Below, piece by piece: positions 27,894-32,000 of a stretch of DNA of 32,000 nucleotides. Under the pieces are notes generated by a model, which did no database searches, was not told where the DNA came from, and saw nothing but the letters and a program-made list of their open reading frames with translations. A program made the translations under genes and the position numbers. Position 1 is the stretch's first letter. Each line of letters begins with the position of its first letter. This stretch comes from Pseudidiomarina andamanensis (GTDB lineage: Bacteria > Pseudomonadota > Gammaproteobacteria > Enterobacterales > Alteromonadaceae). The DNA lies in the NCBI RefSeq assembly GCF_009734345.1, contig NZ_CP032551.1, positions 1,320,001 through 1,352,000 of the forward strand. The letters are read 5' to 3'.

Positions 27894-28256
27894 TTACTGT
27901 AACGGCTGTAATTGATGTGCATCACCCGTGCAAACCCAGCGTGCGCGACAGCTATCTGTCTGTCCCTGCTCACAACTGCGCAGAATTAAACGATTGGCAC
28001 CAAGTGCAGCTGCCGCTACTTTCATTCGTAATAATGCTTCTTGTTGCGTAGGTTTGTCAGAGAACATATTAGTTTGGCACGACTCACCCTCCACTCGCCC
28101 CAAACTCACAAAGCTGACATCGTTACGTGACAACTCATAAGGCCGCATAAACTCGACAGCATCCGCCGCGGCCATATCCACCTGACTTACCGGTGACTGA
28201 CTCGTCGCACAACCAGCGACTGTAATTAAGACCGCAATTACGGATAGATATTTCAT
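27894..28256 (-). CDS. rcsF: RcsF-like outer-membrane lipoprotein
   Basis: 120 aa with a lipobox (LITVAG/C). The C-terminal domain aligns with E. coli RcsF as recalled (LGRVEGESCQ.. versus LGEVSGDSCQ; ALLRMKVAAAALGANRLILRSCE..DSC..WVCTG). All four cysteines are conserved. Confidence 0.7.
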   Translation of the reverse strand: MKYLSVIAVLITVAGCATSQSPVSQVDMAAADAVEFMRPYELSRNDVSFVSLGRVEGESCQTNMFSDKPTQQEALLRMKVAAAALGANRLILRSCEQGQTDSCRARWVCTGDAHQLQPLQ

Positions 28257-28429
28257 GGCGATACCTTTCGTTTCTTTTGATTAACATTACGGAGCTAATA
28301 GCACCTTGTAAAGATTCAATTATTATATGTTATCCCTATGGAAACCGCATGCGCCGATACTTTCTGCCTCGCTGCGTCTCCCTTTAGTGCCTAATAAGAG
28401 TGCAATAGTCACCCTCGAAACCACGCCAC

Positions 28430-28446
28430 TGCACCAACTTAGTGCA
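28430..28446. promoter_or_regulatory. candidate NtrC (NRI) enhancer site
   Basis: TGCACCAACTTAGTGCA matches the consensus TGCACCA-N3-TGGTGCA at 13 of 14 positions, about 60 bp upstream of the sigma-54 element. A weaker copy (about 9/14) lies at 28388-28404. Confidence 0.55.
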
Positions 28447-28495
28447 ATAATTGCTATTTTTCGCCGATTTTCCCGTTATTTTTGCTGATTTTTTC

Positions 28496-28511
28496 TGGCA
28501 TGACATTTGCT
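28496..28511 (+). promoter_or_regulatory. sigma-54 (-24/-12) promoter of glnK-amtB
   Basis: TGGCAT-N5-TTGCT with exact GG-N10-GC spacing, 64 nt upstream of the glnK ATG. Confidence 0.72.
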
Positions 28512-28574
28512 TGGTTGTTAATCGAAAGAAATTATTACCGGCCGAATAGGCCCCCCTTCAAGAAAGGAGCAACC

Positions 28575-28913
28575 ATGCAGCTAGTTATCGCCATCATTAA
28601 ACCCGCCAAACTTAACGACGTGCGCGAAGCACTCGAACATGTCGGCTGTCAGGGCATGACCATTACGGAAGTTCGAGGTTTCGGTCGCCAAAAAGGCCAT
28701 ACCGAACTCTATCGAGGCGCCGAATATCGGATTGACTTCCTTCCTAAAATACGCATCGACATAGCCGTGACTGATGATCAACTAGAAGCAGCTATTGATG
28801 CCATCCGCGATGCCGCGCATACCGGCAATACTGGCGACGGAAAGATCTTCGTCACCCCACTTTCCACTGTCATCAGAATTCGCACCGGTGAAGTGGACAA
28901 ATTCGCGATATAA
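28575..28913 (+). CDS. glnK: nitrogen regulatory protein P-II (GlnK)
   Basis: 112 aa: MQLVIAIIKPAKL..., a T-loop with the uridylylation Tyr (GHTELYRGAEY), and TGxxGDGKIFV. AAGGAG RBS. Its location upstream of amtB identifies it as glnK. The upstream 31 codons of the track ORF are not coding. Confidence 0.95.
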   Translation: MQLVIAIIKPAKLNDVREALEHVGCQGMTITEVRGFGRQKGHTELYRGAEYRIDFLPKIRIDIAVTDDQLEAAIDAIRDAAHTGNTGDGKIFVTPLSTVIRIRTGEVDKFAI

Positions 28914-28923
28914 GGAGCTAGCA

Positions 28924-30096
28924 ATGACGATTACCGAATTAAGTTACGCGTTAGATACATTATTTATTTTGCTAAGTGCGGCGTTAGTGATGTGGATGGC
29001 GGCTGGCTTTTCAATGCTTGAAGCTGGACTCGTGCGCACCAAAAACACAACCGAAATACTCGTTAAAAATATCTTGCTGTATGCGCTCGCCTGCTTATGT
29101 TATTTCTTTTTCGGCTATCACTTAATGTATGGTCATGCGGCAATTACCGATTACTCCCCTAATGCTTACTTGTTCTTTCAAATGGTGTTTGTTGCAACCG
29201 CTATGTCCATTGTTTCAGGCGCAGTTGCGGAACGCATGAAACTCTCGATGTTTCTTGTCTTTACCGTGGTGATGACCAGTGTCATTTATCCGCTTGTTGG
29301 CAACTGGACTTGGGGTGGCGGATTTTTAAGTGCTATGGGCTTTGTTGATTTTGCAGGATCAGGTGTTGTGCACATGGCCGGCGCTTCAGCAGCACTGGCT
29401 GGGGTCATTATCCTTGGGCCTCGCAAAGGAAAGTATGGCCATAGCGGCGCTATTTATCCAATTCCTGGCGCCAATATGCCGTTGGCCGCTCTCGGTACGC
29501 TCATTCTCTGGTTTGGTTGGCTCGGCTTTAATGGGGGGTCGCTCCTGAGTATTCATAGTGTAGAGAATGCTGACACGGTCGCCGTCATTTTTCTCAACAC
29601 CAATTTATCTGCCGCCTCGGGAGCCGTTTGTGCCTTCATTGTTACTCGTCTCGTTTGGCGCAAAGCCGATCTCACTATGATTTTAAATGGCGTGCTCGCT
29701 GGGCTTGTCGCCATCACCGCAGAACCAGCCGCAGCAACACCAATTAGCTCGGTACTCATCGGAGGCGGCGCCGGGGTTATTGTGGTTATCGCAATTGTAT
29801 TGCTTGACCGCATAAAAATTGATGACCCGGTCGGAGCCATTTCTGTTCATGGCATTGCGGGATTCTATGGCTTGCTTTGTGTGGGATTTACATCAGCATC
29901 AGCAACATTTTCAACGCAACTCCTCGGCGCTGCGACTATTTTCATCTGGGTGTTTATTAGTAGTTTAGTATTGTGGTCGTTCTTGGCCAAAGCTTTCGGT
30001 ATTCGCCTCTCTATGGAGCATGAATATATCGGCGCTGATATTTCTGAATGTGGTGTTGAAGCTTATCCAGAATTTGTTGCGTCGAAGACACGCTAG
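28924..30096 (+). CDS. amtB: ammonium transporter
   Basis: About 390 aa with Amt motifs (VDFAGSGVVHMAGASAALAGVIILGPR, the twin-His second histidine in AISVHGIAGFYG, WFGWLGFNGGS). GGAG RBS 6 nt before the ATG at 28924. The track ORF start at 28795 overlaps glnK and is rejected. Confidence 0.95.
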   Translation: MTITELSYALDTLFILLSAALVMWMAAGFSMLEAGLVRTKNTTEILVKNILLYALACLCYFFFGYHLMYGHAAITDYSPNAYLFFQMVFVATAMSIVSGAVAERMKLSMFLVFTVVMTSVIYPLVGNWTWGGGFLSAMGFVDFAGSGVVHMAGASAALAGVIILGPRKGKYGHSGAIYPIPGANMPLAALGTLILWFGWLGFNGGSLLSIHSVENADTVAVIFLNTNLSAASGAVCAFIVTRLVWRKADLTMILNGVLAGLVAITAEPAAATPISSVLIGGGAGVIVVIAIVLLDRIKIDDPVGAISVHGIAGFYGLLCVGFTSASATFSTQLLGAATIFIWVFISSLVLWSFLAKAFGIRLSMEHEYIGADISECGVEAYPEFVASKTR

Positions 30097-30168
30097 CGTC
30101 ATTACGGTCTCGTGCAATTACAATTATCTTGACTACACTTGTGCGTAAATCATGTTACTGGAGGTGGC

Positions 30169-31278
30169 ATGGCAAACGCACAAATGTTTGTTGGCGAGCT
30201 CTTAGCCTTGGCCGATATCCAAATTAATGGGAATCGGCCGTGGGATATGCAGTTGCGCGATCCCTCTTTTTTTGAGGATGTGCTAACGCGTGGTAATTTG
30301 GCTCTTGGTGAAGCTTACATGGCTGGCGATTGGGATTGCGAGCAGCTTGATGTGTTTTTCTGCAGGCTGCTGGCTAATCGTGTTCACACCCAAGTTCGAC
30401 CATCCCGTCTTATTTGGCATTATCTGAAAAACCGCCTACTCAATTTGCAATCCCCCCAACGATCATGGCTTGTTGGGCAGCATCATTACGACCTCGGTAA
30501 TCATTTGTACCAAGCGATGTTAGACCCACGCATGGTGTATACCTGTGGCTATTGGGAAAACGCCCAGTCACTTGAGCAAGCGCAAATTGACAAACTCGAA
30601 ATGGTTTGTCAGAAGCTGCAGTTGAAACCAGGCATGCGTATTCTCGATGTTGGCTGCGGCTGGGGTAGTTTCATGAAGTATGCTGCGGAAAACTATGGCG
30701 TTGAATGCGTGGGTGTCACGGTTTCCAAGGAACAAGTCGCGCTTGGTACCAAGCTTTGCGAAAACTTACCCATTGAGTTTCGGCTGCAGGACTATCGTAC
30801 GCTTAATGAATCATTTGACGCCATTGTGAGTCTCGGTATGTTTGAACACGTTGGTCACAAAAACTATCGGCGCTACATGCAAGTTGTCGCGAATTGCTTG
30901 AAGCCGAGCGGCTTATTCTTATTGCATACCATTGGACGTAATCGTGATGTGCGCGGCACTGACCCTTGGATTGCGAAGTATATCTTCCCGAATGGCGAGC
31001 TGCCGTGCTTAAGTCACATCGACAATGCATCTCGTGATCTGCTGTGTGCCGAAGATGTTCATAATTTCGGCGCCGACTACGATCCAACATTAATGGCGTG
31101 GCATCAAAACTTCGAAAGCGTTTGGCCTGAGCTCAGCGTACATTACGACGATACGTTTTATCGCATGTGGCGCTATTACTTGCTGTCATGTGCGGGCGCT
31201 TTTCGCGCCCGCGAATTACAAGTATGGCAATGGGTCTTTAGTAAACCCTATTTAATCGGTGGTTATCGACGCCCATAA
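30169..31278 (+). CDS. cfa: cyclopropane-fatty-acyl-phospholipid synthase
   Basis: Collinear with E. coli Cfa as recalled (HYDLGN, SAM motif VLDVGCGWG, GMFEHVG.KNY, LLHTIG, KYIFPNG.LP, NFGADYD.TLMAW, CAGAFRAR). GGAGG RBS precedes the ATG at 30169. Confidence 0.95.
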   Translation: MANAQMFVGELLALADIQINGNRPWDMQLRDPSFFEDVLTRGNLALGEAYMAGDWDCEQLDVFFCRLLANRVHTQVRPSRLIWHYLKNRLLNLQSPQRSWLVGQHHYDLGNHLYQAMLDPRMVYTCGYWENAQSLEQAQIDKLEMVCQKLQLKPGMRILDVGCGWGSFMKYAAENYGVECVGVTVSKEQVALGTKLCENLPIEFRLQDYRTLNESFDAIVSLGMFEHVGHKNYRRYMQVVANCLKPSGLFLLHTIGRNRDVRGTDPWIAKYIFPNGELPCLSHIDNASRDLLCAEDVHNFGADYDPTLMAWHQNFESVWPELSVHYDDTFYRMWRYYLLSCAGAFRARELQVWQWVFSKPYLIGGYRRP

Positions 31279-31286
31279 AACGATAA

Positions 31287-32000
31287 TTACGATTCCTCAT
31301 GTCCACTATTAAAATCGGTCATGAAAATTTGCCACACCGCCATGAACAACGCGGCGACTAACGGCCCAATCACAAAACCGTTAATACCAAATAATGAGAT
31401 ACCGCCAATGGTAGAAAACAGCACAATATAGTCAGGTAGCTTCGTATCTCGGCCAACCAAAATGGGGCGTAACACATTGTCTGCCAAGCCGATAATAATT
31501 GCGCCATAAGCCATTAACACCGTCGCACTGACCCATGCTCCGGTGGCATAGAGGTACAAACCGGCGGGAAACCAAACAAGCGCTGCGCCAACTGCCGGAA
31601 TCAGCGATAAGAAAGCCATAATAACGCCCCATAATAGCGGCGCTGGAATATCTAACAGCCAGAAAATAAAGCCACCGAGGGCGCCCTGCACAATCGCGAC
31701 AACTAAATTACCTTTCACCGTGGCACGAGTGACTTCAACGAACTTCTCAAACAGCGCATGTTCGCGTTCATCGCCAATTGGCAACGCTTTTATCAACAGG
31801 TCGCGCAAATGTGAGCCGTCACGCAGCAAAAAGAAGGTCAGATACATCATTAATGCGAGGCTGACCAAAAAGCCAAAGGTGTTCTGCCCAATGGTGAGTG
31901 TTTCTTTGGCTAAGAACTTAGAGGCCCCCTGCACAGCGCTAATCACTTGGTCGCGGATATCGTTTGGATTAACACCGAATTCCACCAACAACTCGTCGAC
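31287..32000 (-). CDS. AI-2E family transporter (PerM/YhhT-like, UPF0118), 5'-partial (start beyond window end)
   Basis: C-terminal roughly 235 aa with family motifs (KGNLVVAIVQGALGG, LSLIPAVGAALVWFPAG, GLADNVLRP..VG). The frame is open to the window edge. Confidence 0.88.
   Translation of the reverse strand, partial: VDELLVEFGVNPNDIRDQVISAVQGASKFLAKETLTIGQNTFGFLVSLALMMYLTFFLLRDGSHLRDLLIKALPIGDEREHALFEKFVEVTRATVKGNLVVAIVQGALGGFIFWLLDIPAPLLWGVIMAFLSLIPAVGAALVWFPAGLYLYATGAWVSATVLMAYGAIIIGLADNVLRPILVGRDTKLPDYIVLFSTIGGISLFGINGFVIGPLVAALFMAVWQIFMTDFNSGHEES

Noticed and set aside
28328-28492. Roughly 54-codon plus-strand ORF in the rcsF/glnK intergenic region.
   Set aside because: It has no RBS and spans the predicted NtrC sites, ending just upstream of the sigma-54 element, and the peptide has no recognisable features. 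It is more likely non-coding regulatory DNA.
28482-28574. N-terminal extensions of track ORFs: glnK from 28482, amtB from 28795, cfa from 30139, ribH to 4239, yaaA to 6536, glpQ to 26843.
   Set aside because: Homologues start at the internal Met, and each internal ATG has a well-spaced Shine-Dalgarno sequence. The extensions overlap promoters or upstream genes and have no homology.
30097-30168. TTGACT hexamer (30129-30134) as the -35 of a cfa promoter, and the ACGCTAGCGT palindrome at the amtB stop as a terminator.
   Set aside because: No acceptable -10 lies at 16-18 nt spacing that would leave the cfa RBS in the transcript. The palindrome is a 5-bp arm with no loop and no T-tract.
1-32000. 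Search for mobile elements, CRISPR arrays, tRNA/rRNA genes, prophage or defence-island hallmarks.
   Set aside because: No transposase, integrase or recombinase ORFs, no regularly spaced repeats, no tRNA-like structures in the few intergenic regions, and no long flanking direct repeats were seen. The accessory-looking middle region shows no obvious insertion boundaries by eye. Compositional statistics were not computed.

Overview
Gene-dense chromosomal segment of about 30 CDS with no rRNA, tRNA, CRISPR array, transposase or integrase. Protein similarities and gene order suggest a gammaproteobacterium, probably marine and Alteromonadales- or Vibrio-like; this is an inference and no search was run. 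Bases 1-9717 are a housekeeping backbone. dxs (5'-partial) converges on a long minus-strand string: yajC-secD-secF, yaaA, a DUF3014-like membrane protein, a PlsC-type acyltransferase and ribH-nusB-thiL-pgpA. The middle (9906-21285) is the least ordinary part. A UPF0126/TRIC-type channel gene sits 2 nt upstream of an SLC5-domain hybrid histidine kinase (CrbS-like). That kinase overlaps tail-to-tail with a LuxR-type response regulator (CrbR-like). Next comes a TonB-dependent receptor, divergent from a three-gene unit: GntP-family permease, acyl-CoA ligase, and a MetX-family alpha/beta hydrolase carrying a signal peptide. I read this as a candidate ester/carboxylate scavenging locus. The right part holds two poorly understood two-gene modules on either side of an AT-rich divergent region. 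One is an AsmA-like coiled-coil envelope protein with a small 4-TM partner (TIGR03545/TIGR03546-like). The other is a long RimK-type ATP-grasp ligase translationally coupled to a RimI-like GNAT. These are followed by rcsF-like, cysK-like and glpQ genes, a canonical sigma-54/NtrC-controlled glnK-amtB operon, cfa, and a partial AI-2E transporter gene. Convergent genes repeatedly overlap at their 3' ends. All functional calls rest on my reading of the translated ORFs and recalled family motifs, with no database search.
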